Shown: positions 1 through 9,947, counted from the first letter of the stretch. The stretch: 64,000 nucleotides of DNA from an uncultured Corynebacterium sp. (GCA_943913645.1 CALTYZ010000003.1:37825-101824), one strand, 5' to 3'. A program made the numbers and translations. The notes: generated from the sequence alone by a model not told the origin.

Positions 1-704
1 CCCCGGCGAAAATGACCACCACCAGACCAATTGCAACCCAGTTCGCTACCTTCGCGTATTGCTCAAGGACGAACACCACCGGCTCGCCGATCATCCACCC
101 CAGGCCGAAGTAGAGCAGGGACCATACGGTTTTGGAGATGAAGTCAAGCACCATGAATTTCCACAGCGGCATGCCAGTCATGCCCATGAGCACGAAAACC
201 ACGAACGCGATCGGCAGGGGAATTGGCACATAGGCCAAAAAGATGCCGAGCCACCCGAGGCGCAGTGCCCAGCCTTCAACTCGTGCGATGTTTTTGGCTG
301 CGCGCGGCGAGTTAGCAGCCTGTACGTCGAGGATGCCGCGCCCCCACAATTTGCCCGCCCACCAGTAGATCCAGTCAAACTTGATCGCCACAAGCGACCC
401 GATGAGTAGGTACAACCACCAATGCGGTGCTTGGCCCACGCCGGCAAGCGCCCCGGTTGAGGCCGCACCGACTCGTGAGCCGGTCAGTGCGAGCATGATC
501 GGCGGATCAAGACCTAGCAGCCAGGCGCGCAGCGGGATCATGGCCAGGCCGAATATCCCAACGAACCCGAACCAGCCGAGACACCAATAGTCTTGTCTGG
601 TGGGCTTGGAATTCCAGGGCAAGCTGGCGTCTTCCCACCACTCCTTTTCCACTGTGTCGGCCTCGGAGGCGCGCTCGGTCGGCTCCTGCGCGTTGTTCGT
701 CATA
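1..704 (-). CDS. DedA/VTT-family integral membrane protein (partial; C-terminal part continues beyond window start)
   Basis: Open minus-strand frame from ATG at 702-704 to window edge with no stop. Translation MTNNAQEPTE...GWLGIFLAYVPIPLPIAFVVFVLMGMTGMPLWKFMVLDFISKTVWSLLYFGLGWMIGEP is typical of the DedA/SNARE-associated (VTT) family. Absent from ORF track because it runs off the edge. Confidence 0.55.
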
Positions 705-739
705 GGTGATCAACCTAGTGCACGCGCACACGAACCGAG

Positions 740-2161
740 TTACAAGGTACGTGCGAGCAGCTGCTTGGCAGCATCGCGCGCCTGCGCAATGACTGCTGGC
801 ACCCCCACACCGCTGACCCAGGATCCAACTGCGGAAATGCCTTGAGGCAACTGCTCCATAACGGTGGAGACAGTGGCCAGGTGGTGTTCGTCATAACGCG
901 GCAGGCCGCCGAACCAACGCTGAACATAGATCTCTTCCAGCCCCTTGTCGCGGCCGTTGAAACCGGTGATGGTTTGCAGGTCATCAAGAGCCCAGTCAAC
1001 GAGGTCGTCCTCACTGGCTCGCAGGGCGATGTCCTCGCCGAAACGGCCGAAGCTGGCGCGCACCAACGCCCCGTCGCGACGAGCAAGGTGTGGCCATTTG
1101 CGCGATGAGAAGGTAAATGCCTTCGCGCGCACATCGGTCTGGCCCGCCGCGACGAGCACACCGGAGTTTTCTGGCAGTCCCTCATCGGTGGCAAAACGCA
1201 TGCCGACTACCGCCGAGTTAGCCAACTTCACTGTTGCCAGGGCGGCAGACGCCTCCGGTGCAACCTGTTTGCACAGCAGGGCGGCAGTCGGTGCCGGCAC
1301 AGCGACAACAACGTGGTCGTAAACACGCTCGCGCCCAGCTTCGTCGCGCTCGCCGCCTTTGAGTGTGAAACCTTCACCGTGGCGTGCAATGCCGGAGATG
1401 AACGCGTCAATGTAGATATCGGCACCGGATTGTTCCGCCAGGGCTTCGTAGAGTTCCTGGTAGCCGTCCCGAAACGCGTTGAACACTGCGCCTTGGCCGG
1501 TGGGAAGCTCAGCGCGCGCCTGCTCCAAGTTTCGCACCGCCACCGAGAGATGCACCGCCGCGCTTTCGCCTTCGGCTGCCCCATCCGCACTGGCGAGTCG
1601 GTCAAATTCGGCTGCAAGCTGCGGAATCGTTGCGCGCACACCGAGGTCATCCGCCGCACATGAGTACACCCCACCAAGCAAGGAGGTGACAAGCGTGTCG
1701 ACTACTTCGTCGCCGTAGCGTTCGCGCACAAGCGTGCCGACGTTCACGTCACCGCCCACAGTCCACGCAAATCCCGGCTGGCTGCCTTCGGCGTCTATAC
1801 GCGCCGCCGTTTCTGCTGACACGAGGTGCGCAACCGGCGCGGAAGACGCAGGAATCCCCATGATCCCGGCACGTGGCAGCGGCTCGCAGCGACCGTCCAC
1901 GTAGACCAGCGAGCCCAGCCCGGAGGGTTCCACCAACGAGTCCCCCAGCCCCAGCTCGGTGAAGAAAGCTACGGCGTCGGTTCGGCGTGCCATGAACGCC
2001 TCTGCACCCATGTCAGTCGGGCCTGCTTCAAACGGGACGGTGAGCAGTTTGCCGCCGACACGGTCGGTGGCCTCGAAAATGTCAACTGCGTGACCCGAGT
2101 CGCGCAGCTCATACGCGCAGGTCAGACCCGCTAGGCCGGCACCGATGATCGCTACTCGCAC
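740..2161 (-). CDS. hemY: protoporphyrinogen/coproporphyrinogen III oxidase, FAD-dependent (HemY/CgoX)
   Basis: 473 aa; N-terminal FAD Rossmann motif VAIIGAGLAGLTCAYEL (GxGxxG). Lies directly downstream of hemE as in actinobacterial hem clusters. GTG start. Confidence 0.8.
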   Translation of the reverse strand: MRVAIIGAGLAGLTCAYELRDSGHAVDIFEATDRVGGKLLTVPFEAGPTDMGAEAFMARRTDAVAFFTELGLGDSLVEPSGLGSLVYVDGRCEPLPRAGIMGIPASSAPVAHLVSAETAARIDAEGSQPGFAWTVGGDVNVGTLVRERYGDEVVDTLVTSLLGGVYSCAADDLGVRATIPQLAAEFDRLASADGAAEGESAAVHLSVAVRNLEQARAELPTGQGAVFNAFRDGYQELYEALAEQSGADIYIDAFISGIARHGEGFTLKGGERDEAGRERVYDHVVVAVPAPTAALLCKQVAPEASAALATVKLANSAVVGMRFATDEGLPENSGVLVAAGQTDVRAKAFTFSSRKWPHLARRDGALVRASFGRFGEDIALRASEDDLVDWALDDLQTITGFNGRDKGLEEIYVQRWFGGLPRYDEHHLATVSTVMEQLPQGISAVGSWVSGVGVPAVIAQARDAAKQLLARTL

Positions 2162-3223
2162 TTACGCCTCCTCGCTGAGATGCTCGTGGATGATGCGCAC
2201 TGCCTCGGTGATCGCGTCTGCGTCGGTGGTTGGCAGCACCCCGTGGCCCAGGTTGAAAATGTGCCCGGTTGCAGCACCGCTGGCGATGGCGCGCGCCGCC
2301 TCAGCCTTAATCCGAGTCACCTCGGCGCGCACCACCTCGGTCCCGGCGAACAACATTGCGGGATCCAAGTTGCCCTGCAGCACCCGCGGGGATGTAAAGC
2401 GCGTCGCAGCTATGTCGAGTGGCACACGCCAATCCACCCCCATCACTTCTGAGCCGGCCTCCGACATCGCGCCGAGTAGCTCTCCTGTGGTGACACCGAA
2501 ATGGATGCGGGGGATTTCTCCTGCCACGGATTCGAGGATCTGCGTGGAGTATGGCAGGACGTGGTCGCGGTAGTCGCGCTCAGTTAAAAATCCTGCCCAC
2601 GAGTCGAACAGTTGCATGGCATCAATGCCAGCGTCGACTTGTGTGCGCAAAAAAGCGGTGATGGTGGGCACGAGTTTTTCCATCAGTGCATGCCAGGTGT
2701 CCGGCTCTGCGTGCATCATGGCTTTTGTGCGCTCATGGTTTTTACTCGGCCCGCCTTCGATAAGGTAGCTAGCCAGGGTAAACGGCGCGCCGACAAAACC
2801 GATGAGCGCCTGCGTATCGGTGAGCTCCTCCAGGATGATCGCAATGCCTTGTGCAACCTCAGCCACGTCGTGGTCCAACACCGGCAGGGCGGCAACATCG
2901 CGCTGATCCCGCACGGGTTGCGCCACCACCGGGCCCTTACCAGGCACAATTCCTACCTCTATGCCTGCGGCTTTGAGCGGAACCACGATGTCAGAAAACA
3001 AAATCGCCGCGTCAACGTCGTGGCGGCGCACCGGCTGGAGGGTAATCTCGGCGAGCAGCTCGGGCATGAAGCACGACTCAAGCATGAGGATGCCCTCTCG
3101 CACCTGGCGGTACTCCGGCAGGGAGCGGCCCGCCTGGCGCATGAACCACACCGGGGTGCGCGACGGTGTGTGCCCGTGGGCGGCTGCGATGAACGGGGCG
3201 GTAGAAAGGTCGCGTCTAGTCAT
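2162..3223 (-). CDS. hemE: uroporphyrinogen decarboxylase
   Basis: Signature PVWFMRQAGRSLPEYR near N-terminus. Start trimmed to internal ATG (MTRRDLS..., cat at 3221-3223) matching family N-terminus; the longer track ORF to 3283 would overlap the upstream gene by 41 nt. Confidence 0.85.
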   Translation of the reverse strand: MTRRDLSTAPFIAAAHGHTPSRTPVWFMRQAGRSLPEYRQVREGILMLESCFMPELLAEITLQPVRRHDVDAAILFSDIVVPLKAAGIEVGIVPGKGPVVAQPVRDQRDVAALPVLDHDVAEVAQGIAIILEELTDTQALIGFVGAPFTLASYLIEGGPSKNHERTKAMMHAEPDTWHALMEKLVPTITAFLRTQVDAGIDAMQLFDSWAGFLTERDYRDHVLPYSTQILESVAGEIPRIHFGVTTGELLGAMSEAGSEVMGVDWRVPLDIAATRFTSPRVLQGNLDPAMLFAGTEVVRAEVTRIKAEAARAIASGAATGHIFNLGHGVLPTTDADAITEAVRIIHEHLSEEA

Positions 3224-3242
3224 GGTGTTCAACCCTACTGGC

Positions 3243-5852
3243 CTACTGGGGGAAACGGCGCGCACCCACTGAGCGGTATTCAATGATCAGCGAGCTGCCC
3301 AGCATGAGCAGTGTCGCCCCCATCGGCGGCAGCACTCCGGAGACAGCCAGGATCACCGCAACCACGTTGTATACCCCCGCGAACAGCATGTTGGTGTCGA
3401 TGATGCGGGAGACCCGCCGGCCGTGTTCGAGAAGCTGGGGTACGGCGGTGACGTCATCACGCATGAGCAGCGCATCGGCTGCCATCTCGGTGCGTTTGAA
3501 GCCCATGTCGAAGAACTCGTCTTCGGCGTAGAGCACCCCCACGTCTGCTACCGCGATGGTGTCCATCACTGAGGCGTTGCCCACCATGAGCACGTTCGCG
3601 CCCCGGGTGTGCAGTTGACGGACCGCGCCTGGTTTCTCCTGCGCGGTAATACCTGCCAGTACGGAGGTGATGCCTAACATGTCCGCGAACCGGCGGGCCA
3701 CGGGGTAGGTGTCGCGGGTGAGCATCACCGTGGTGGCCCCCATTGACTCCAGGCGGTCAATTGCGCTGATTGCGTCGAATTTAGCCGAGTCATGCAGGGT
3801 GATCACGCCGCGGTCTTTGCCCTTCCAGCGCACAATCACCGGCGTGCCACCGGTGGTGGCGGCAAGCGCCAACCGGCCGGTGAGCTGAGACAGGTTCGTC
3901 GGGCGCCACAGTTTTGCTTCCAAGCTAGTGGTTTGGTCTTCATCGGGGTCTTCAGACGCGGCGGAACGACGCACCACCACTTTTCCTTCGCAGCCACCAT
4001 CAGGAAGCATCTGCGCAGACTCCACTTCCACACGCCACGGCAGACCAAAGCCTTTCGCCTCGCGCGCGGCCTCAACAATGGCACGCGCCGCCGGGTGGTT
4101 GGAGTCAACAACGAGAGCCGCAGCCACCAGCAGCACAAAGTCTGTTTCCTCACCGCGGGCAGCGGTGACGGTTTCGACTGTCATTTCCGGCTCCACAATG
4201 GTGCCGACCCGGTTGAAGACCACCGTGTCCACGTCGTCGAGCCGTCGCAGCGCCGCGCCATCACGCACCAGGATTCCGTTGCGCGCCGCAGCCTCAATGC
4301 CATTGCGCGTAGCCAGTGCGGGAGAGATCGCCAACGCCACTGGTGCAACAACCGCCAAGATAGCCAGAGCGGTAGAAAATGCCGCGTTGTAGTCCCCAGT
4401 GAGCAACAGCCACATGGAAAAGTCCACAACCGCGATCACGTAGGCGGCGGGGATCAGCATGCTCGCGGATTTCGTGGAGAGCATCGTCGCCGCGTTCTGA
4501 CGTTTCGACGCATCCGATACCCACCTGCTCACCGCCGCCCAGTGCGTGGCGTGGCCGGTGCGTTGGGCACGAACTTTGACACTGCCGTGTTGGATGACCG
4601 AACCAGCCGCGACGTGATCGCCGACGGTAACCGCGGGGGTAAAGGGGGCGTCGATAAGCAAATGGCTCAAACGCGCGCTGCCGCCGACGACTTCCCCGTC
4701 AAGTGGAACGATGTCTCCGCGTCGCAGCTCAATGTCGTCTCCCCGGTTGATCTCTGACAAAGGCAGGATCTCTGGGCTTTGTTTGCCGCGCCGCATGACC
4801 CGATACGGCTGCTCGGACGCGGGGGTGACACGTTGCATGCGCCCCACGAGACTCTCGCCGATGCGTTTCGTGTTAGAACGTCCCACCAGCAGCAATAAAG
4901 TGACACCGCAGGCAACGTCGAGAAAGATTTCGACCTCGCTGCCGCGGCGCGTGGGCATCCACCCGCCGCTTGAGATCCACCCGATATCGCCTGCCGGAGT
5001 AAACAACAGTGCACCAACAGACCAGATGTAGGCGGCGAGGACTGCGATCGAGCTGGCACCATCAAGTGCGGACATGCCGCGACGCACCCCGCCCGCCATC
5101 GCACGGTGAAACGGCCACGCGCACCACAGCGCCACCGGGGTGGCAAGCGCGAAGCAGATCCACTGCCAGCCATCGAACTGCAATTCGGGCAGGTAGCTCA
5201 GCACAATCACCGGGATGGAAAACAACACGGCCACAGCAAGCCGGGCCGGGGTGACCAACTCACGCGAGGTGAAGAGCACGTCATTGTTGCTGGTCTCGCG
5301 CACGGTGCGGCGGGCGAACCCCGCCTCGCGCGCGGCGGTGAGGTCTTGCTTCGCGTGTTGGCGGCGGCGTCGAATCCGCCCGGACATGCCCCGGGTGCTG
5401 CGCCGCGGTGAGCGACGTTCAATGCCTTGGCGGCGAATCAGGTGCCGGCGCAGCGTCGACTCTGTCATCGTGGCGCGCACACCGAACTCGCCGATGACAT
5501 CCACCAGGCGCTGTGGGTCGAGTTCAACAGGGGCTGTGACCCACGCTGTGCAGGTGGTGTAGACGAAGTGGGCGGACACACCCGGAATGGCCTCAAGCGC
5601 GGCCTCGATCACGCCGAGCTGTGGGCCATCTTTGATCCCCTCTAAATCGAAGGCGTACGAGGCGTTGGAGCGAGTGTAGCCATCATCGCCGCTACCGGAG
5701 ATGCCGTCCGGGTTGATGCCGGCGGCCAGTGCCGCATCGCGCGCCTGGGAGATGGAAATCTCGAGCTCATCTGCTGCATCGGTTGCAGTAGTTGCCTTGA
5801 CACTGGGCTCATCGAACGTTTGTGACACCTCTTCCTCCACGGATTCGTTCAC
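3243..5852 (-). CDS. P1B-type (heavy-metal) P-type ATPase homologue with degenerate catalytic motifs (likely non-catalytic)
   Basis: 869 aa with overall P1B-ATPase architecture. It has an HMA-like N-terminal fold (GVSAHFVYTTCTAWVTAP) without a CxxC motif. The actuator-like region GDIVPLDGEVVGGSARL...VGDHVAAGSVIQHGSVKVRAQRTG is present. The TM6 CPC position reads APV (AVVAPVALAISPALATRNGIEAAARNGILVRDG). The phosphorylation motif DKTGT reads NRVGT (VDTVVFNRVGTIVEP). The hinge GDGxND reads GNASVMD. It is a single intact ORF. Confidence 0.6.
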   Translation of the reverse strand: MNESVEEEVSQTFDEPSVKATTATDAADELEISISQARDAALAAGINPDGISGSGDDGYTRSNASYAFDLEGIKDGPQLGVIEAALEAIPGVSAHFVYTTCTAWVTAPVELDPQRLVDVIGEFGVRATMTESTLRRHLIRRQGIERRSPRRSTRGMSGRIRRRRQHAKQDLTAAREAGFARRTVRETSNNDVLFTSRELVTPARLAVAVLFSIPVIVLSYLPELQFDGWQWICFALATPVALWCAWPFHRAMAGGVRRGMSALDGASSIAVLAAYIWSVGALLFTPAGDIGWISSGGWMPTRRGSEVEIFLDVACGVTLLLLVGRSNTKRIGESLVGRMQRVTPASEQPYRVMRRGKQSPEILPLSEINRGDDIELRRGDIVPLDGEVVGGSARLSHLLIDAPFTPAVTVGDHVAAGSVIQHGSVKVRAQRTGHATHWAAVSRWVSDASKRQNAATMLSTKSASMLIPAAYVIAVVDFSMWLLLTGDYNAAFSTALAILAVVAPVALAISPALATRNGIEAAARNGILVRDGAALRRLDDVDTVVFNRVGTIVEPEMTVETVTAARGEETDFVLLVAAALVVDSNHPAARAIVEAAREAKGFGLPWRVEVESAQMLPDGGCEGKVVVRRSAASEDPDEDQTTSLEAKLWRPTNLSQLTGRLALAATTGGTPVIVRWKGKDRGVITLHDSAKFDAISAIDRLESMGATTVMLTRDTYPVARRFADMLGITSVLAGITAQEKPGAVRQLHTRGANVLMVGNASVMDTIAVADVGVLYAEDEFFDMGFKRTEMAADALLMRDDVTAVPQLLEHGRRVSRIIDTNMLFAGVYNVVAVILAVSGVLPPMGATLLMLGSSLIIEYRSVGARRFPQ

Positions 5853-5856
5853 AGTT

Positions 5857-6351
5857 TTAGCTCACGCCACGCCAGGGGTTGCCGCTGCGCTCGTCGACAA
5901 AGGCGTTCGCCGCGGGGCGAAACAACGCGAAGATCGCAATGACAAGCAGCACAACGATGAAAATCGCAGCCCACGATGCAACCTGGACGAAAAACCCGGC
6001 AAAGTTCACAAACACGGCCAGGCCAACAAACAACCCTGCCCAGCGCCGAGCTAGTCGAGAACCCCGCTGAACATAGACGGCGCAGGCAGCCAAGCACAGC
6101 GCAAGCACGATGTTGCTGACAGCAACGATGCGCATATTGGTGCGAAACGACGCCGCCACCTGCGTATCCAGGGCTTCAGGGACTCCGGCTTGAAGCATCA
6201 GCAATGCCGTCAGCACCATCAGCACAGCGGCAATCATGATCAGCCAGTAGGCGACACGCAGCGCCGGCGGCCAGGTCGGCCCTACCGGCACCCTATGGCG
6301 ACGGTTCAAATCATTGCGATTTGGCACCATTGTTGGAAACATGCGCGCCAT
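5857..6351 (-). CDS. hypothetical integral membrane protein
   Basis: 164 aa, 4 predicted hydrophobic helices (IMIAAVLMVLTALLML, IVLALCLAACAVYV, FVGLAVFVNFAGFFV, IFIVVLLVIAIFALF); sits in hem cluster between hemB and hemE like conserved membrane genes in corynebacteria. Confidence 0.45.
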   Translation of the reverse strand: MARMFPTMVPNRNDLNRRHRVPVGPTWPPALRVAYWLIMIAAVLMVLTALLMLQAGVPEALDTQVAASFRTNMRIVAVSNIVLALCLAACAVYVQRGSRLARRWAGLFVGLAVFVNFAGFFVQVASWAAIFIVVLLVIAIFALFRPAANAFVDERSGNPWRGVS

Positions 6352-7001
6352 TAGCTGCCTCCAGGTGGGTTCGCCCCACCTGGCCGGTCATGTGAGCGGC
6401 CCTCAGGCGGGGCCGCCGCCTGCGCATACGCCACCGACTCCTTTTGGGAGGCGTAGAACACGCCAAGGACTCCCGCCACGGCAAGCATGATCTGGATGAT
6501 CCCGTCGAAGGCATAAAACGCCACCGGGATGGAGCTCGAAGCGGGCTGCGTCACAAACAGTGTCAGTGCCCGCAGCGCGAAAAAGATGGCAAAGATTTGC
6601 AGCAGACGCCGCGCGTTCGGTGCCCATTTTCGTTGCTTGGCCAGCGCATGAAGCGCAACCGCAAAGAGTGCGATCACCGCCAACTGGAGAAGCGCCATAA
6701 ACACCACTGACCCAATGAGACCGAGCGACATCATCGCATCAGTCAGGTCCTCACCGCGTGCTTTGGCGGCTGCGCGGGCTGATTCCTTCAGCGCCGCCGG
6801 GTCTAGCACCGTTGAGATCACGGTGAGGATTTGGTGCAGCAGTTCCCCGGCGATCATCACCACCCAGCAGGTGAGCATGTAGCGCACCGCTTCGGGCCGT
6901 TCGTTGTCAGAACCCTTGGGACCGTTGCTTGTTGACGTCTGCGTCGCAGCTGGTGCCACGTGACTGCCCGAATTCGGGTTCATTGGCGGCAAACTCACCA
7001 T
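6351..7001 (-). CDS. hypothetical integral membrane protein
   Basis: 216 aa, multiple hydrophobic helices (MLTCWVVMIAGELL, LGLIGSVVFMALLQLAVIALFAVALHAL, IFAIFFALRALTLFV, IIQIMLAVAGVLGVFY); stop/start overlap with the downstream membrane gene at 6351. Confidence 0.45.
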   Translation of the reverse strand: MVSLPPMNPNSGSHVAPAATQTSTSNGPKGSDNERPEAVRYMLTCWVVMIAGELLHQILTVISTVLDPAALKESARAAAKARGEDLTDAMMSLGLIGSVVFMALLQLAVIALFAVALHALAKQRKWAPNARRLLQIFAIFFALRALTLFVTQPASSSIPVAFYAFDGIIQIMLAVAGVLGVFYASQKESVAYAQAAAPPEGRSHDRPGGANPPGGS

Positions 7002-7025
7002 GTCCTCTCCTTCACAGCCCAGTCC

Positions 7026-8081
7026 TTAGAGCCCGGCGGACTCGCGTAGTGCGTTCGCCGCCTCGATGGCATAGTAGGTGAGAATTTGCTCGGCCCCGGC
7101 CCGTTTGATGGATATCAGTGCCTCCATCATTGCCTCGTGGAATTCGATCCAGCCGTTTTGGCCGGCGGCGACCAGCATGGCGTATTCGCCGGAGACCTGG
7201 TAGGCCGCAACAGGCACGGGCGAGAGTTCAGCGACTTGGTGCAGCACATCAAGGTATGGCAGGGCTGGTTTGACCATGACAAAATCTGCGCCTTCGTCGA
7301 TATCGAGCTGTGCTTCTAACAGCGATTCGCGCGTGTTTGCCGGGTCTTGTTGGTAGGTGCGGCGATCACCGGTGAGCGACGAGCCGACCGCGTCACGGAA
7401 CGGGCCGAAGAATTTGGAGGCGTACTTGGCGGAATACGCCATGATTGCCACGTCTGTGTAGCCGTTTGCGTCCAACGCCTCACGGATGAGACCGACTTGG
7501 CCGTCCATCATGCCTGATGGGCTGACAATGTGGGCGCCGGCTGCGGCCTGCGCAACCGCCATCGCACAGTAATGGCTCAGCGTGGCATCGTTGTCTACTT
7601 GTTCGCGTCCCCACCGGTCGGTGGTGAGCACACCGCAGTGGCCGTGGTCGGTGAACTCATCGAGGCAGGTATCTGCCATGATGAGCAGGTCATCGCCGAA
7701 CTCTTCTCGCAGTGCGCGCAGGTTGCGGTTGAGCACCCCGTCTTCATCTCGCGCCGGAGAGCCATCAGCGTCTTTGTCTTGCTCCAGCGGCACACCGAAC
7801 AGGTCCACGCAGCTCACCCCGGCCTCAAGGGCGCTGTGGCACATGGCCTTGAGGCTGTCCGTGGTGTGCTGGTACACCCCCGGCATCGAGGGGATCTCGC
7901 GGCGCTCGGTGATGCCATCGGCGACAAACAGCGGCAGGATGAAATCCGCCGGGTGCAGTCGTGTCTGTGCAGTCAGCTCACGTATGCGCAGGTTTTGGCG
8001 CAGGCGTCGGGGGCGGCGCGGCAAGCTCACACTGAGCTCAACCGCAGGGTCAGTATGGGGGTCAAAAGACATGCATCCCAT
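7026..8081 (-). CDS. hemB: porphobilinogen synthase (delta-aminolevulinate dehydratase)
   Basis: 351 aa; RRPRRLRQN...LPLFV N-terminal region, GVSCVDLFGVP, active-site Lys region FVMVKPALPYLDV. Start could alternatively be ATG at 8072 (MSFDPH...). Confidence 0.85.
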   Translation of the reverse strand: MGCMSFDPHTDPAVELSVSLPRRPRRLRQNLRIRELTAQTRLHPADFILPLFVADGITERREIPSMPGVYQHTTDSLKAMCHSALEAGVSCVDLFGVPLEQDKDADGSPARDEDGVLNRNLRALREEFGDDLLIMADTCLDEFTDHGHCGVLTTDRWGREQVDNDATLSHYCAMAVAQAAAGAHIVSPSGMMDGQVGLIREALDANGYTDVAIMAYSAKYASKFFGPFRDAVGSSLTGDRRTYQQDPANTRESLLEAQLDIDEGADFVMVKPALPYLDVLHQVAELSPVPVAAYQVSGEYAMLVAAGQNGWIEFHEAMMEALISIKRAGAEQILTYYAIEAANALRESAGL

Positions 8082-8092
8082 CTTAGGACCTG

Positions 8093-9853
8093 CTACTTTC
8101 CGGCCTCGCTGCCTGCTGCGGGCTTTCGCCGAGCGCGACGCTTCTTGCGCGGCGGGGGCAGTTGCCCGGCGGCACGCAGCTCTGCAACGTGGGCAGCTAA
8201 TGCGTCCACCAGCGAAGGCACATCGGCGACTTCTGGGATCACATCAACGCGCAACCCCTGCTCGCGCGCTTCTGCCGCCGCCATCGGGCCGATGCAGGCA
8301 ATGATGGTGCGCTGGTGTGGCTTGCCGGCAATACCAACCAGGTTTTTCACCGTGGATGCGGAGGTAAAGCACACCGCGTCGAAGCCGCCGGATTTGATCA
8401 TGTCGCGCACTTCCGGCGCCGGTGGGGCGGCGCGCACCGTGCGGTAGGCCACCACGTCGTCGACTTCCCAGCCCTTTTCAACCAGACCGTTGACTAACAC
8501 ATCGGTTCCTAAATCAGCGCGCGGCAACAACACGCGCGAGACTGGGTCGATATCCTCCACGTATTCCGGGAAGACCTCAACTAACCCGGCCGCGTTCTGT
8601 TTCGTACGGTGCGGCACTACTTCCGGGAACATGCCCCGGGCGCGCAGCGCATCGGCGGTTTTCTGGCCCACGGCGGCAAGGTGTACACCAGCAAAAGAGC
8701 GGGCATCAAGCCCGAGTTCTTCGAACTTGTCCCAGACCGCGTCCACAGCGTTGGTAGACGTAAACACGACCCACTGGTAGCGGCCCTCCACGATGCCTTT
8801 GATCGCGCGATCCATTTGCGCGGGGTTGCGCGGCGGTTCCATCGAGATGGTTGGCACTGAGTGTGGGATCGCCCCATACGCACCCAGCTGGGCATTCATT
8901 GACCCTGCTTGTTCTTTCGCGCGGGGCACGAGCACTCTCCAGCCGTAGAGCGGCCGGTTTTCCCACCACGAGTATTTCGCACGCTCATCAGGGACAGTGC
9001 CTAAGGTGACCACCAGTGAGCCGGACAGGTCCGCGTCAAGTTTGGCCACGGTTTCTAGTGTTGCGTCGAAGGTGCGCTGCAGCCTCGTTGTGCCATGGGT
9101 GGTCACCGTCACTGGTATTGCGCCGGCGAAACCGCGCTCCATGAGCTGGGTCGCCATGGTTTCAAGATGGGCTTGCACCGCTTGAAACACCAGCGGCTGC
9201 GGCGCGCCAGCTAGCTGGTCCCAGTCCACTGATTCGCTGGTCAAATCGGTTTCAGTGTATGTGGATCCAAGCGCGATACCTGCGAACGACGGCACCGTTG
9301 ACGGCAATGACATTCCTGGTACTACTTGAAATTCCAGCCCGGCTGCGGCCACGGCGGACACTTCTTCCATCACAGAGTCGCGCATCAGCGGGTTGCCGCA
9401 CACGAGCCGGATCACGTCTCCGTCGCCGCCTTCGCCGCGTTCGATCGCTGCGGCGGACTCCTGGAGGGCAGCTTCCAGCTTGTCGACGATCCCTTGCTCA
9501 CCTAATGCCACATCCTCAATCTCTGCGGCTGTGGGCGCTGCCGGGCGGGCCGGTTTGCGTCGTGCTCCTGCTTCTTTCGCTTCGGCGACCAGCGTCTCAT
9601 AGTCAGCGTTGGCCTGCTCCAGCTTCGATTTCGGCACCGGGAGTTGGGCCGCGATGACACTTCGGACCCCCTCAGAGACATCCGGATCAACCAGCGCGAT
9701 AGCATTGGACTCCAATACCTCACGCGCACGGATAGTAAGCAGATCAGGGTTGCCCGGGCCTGCACCGACGAAGATGATCTTTCCCGGCGGGCGCGTGTGG
9801 GGGGACCGCGTAGATGAGGGCAATGTCATGGAATGATCTTTTCTATGGCACAA
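8093..9853 (-). CDS. hemD: bifunctional uroporphyrinogen-III C-methyltransferase / uroporphyrinogen-III synthase (CobA-HemD fusion)
   Basis: 586 aa. N-terminal tetrapyrrole methylase signature IFVGAGPGNPDLLTIRAREVL; the C-terminal half is HemD-like. Fusion is typical of Corynebacterium and Mycobacterium. TTG start in track; alternative ATG at 9829. Confidence 0.8.
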   Translation of the reverse strand: MCHRKDHSMTLPSSTRSPHTRPPGKIIFVGAGPGNPDLLTIRAREVLESNAIALVDPDVSEGVRSVIAAQLPVPKSKLEQANADYETLVAEAKEAGARRKPARPAAPTAAEIEDVALGEQGIVDKLEAALQESAAAIERGEGGDGDVIRLVCGNPLMRDSVMEEVSAVAAAGLEFQVVPGMSLPSTVPSFAGIALGSTYTETDLTSESVDWDQLAGAPQPLVFQAVQAHLETMATQLMERGFAGAIPVTVTTHGTTRLQRTFDATLETVAKLDADLSGSLVVTLGTVPDERAKYSWWENRPLYGWRVLVPRAKEQAGSMNAQLGAYGAIPHSVPTISMEPPRNPAQMDRAIKGIVEGRYQWVVFTSTNAVDAVWDKFEELGLDARSFAGVHLAAVGQKTADALRARGMFPEVVPHRTKQNAAGLVEVFPEYVEDIDPVSRVLLPRADLGTDVLVNGLVEKGWEVDDVVAYRTVRAAPPAPEVRDMIKSGGFDAVCFTSASTVKNLVGIAGKPHQRTIIACIGPMAAAEAREQGLRVDVIPEVADVPSLVDALAAHVAELRAAGQLPPPRKKRRARRKPAAGSEAGK

Positions 9854-9947
9854 ATATGTAACCCGGCGGTTCTACACTGCGCCGGGAAAAGAATAACGAA
9901 TGGTATCTCCACCTTAGGGTGGAACTGCCTGGAAACAAAAACCAGAA

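Noticed and set aside
3792-4757. 321-aa plus-strand ORF inside the P-type ATPase-like gene
   Set aside because: It is antisense to the coherent 869-aa ATPase-like frame. The translation is Arg/His/Gly-rich with no recognisable domain.
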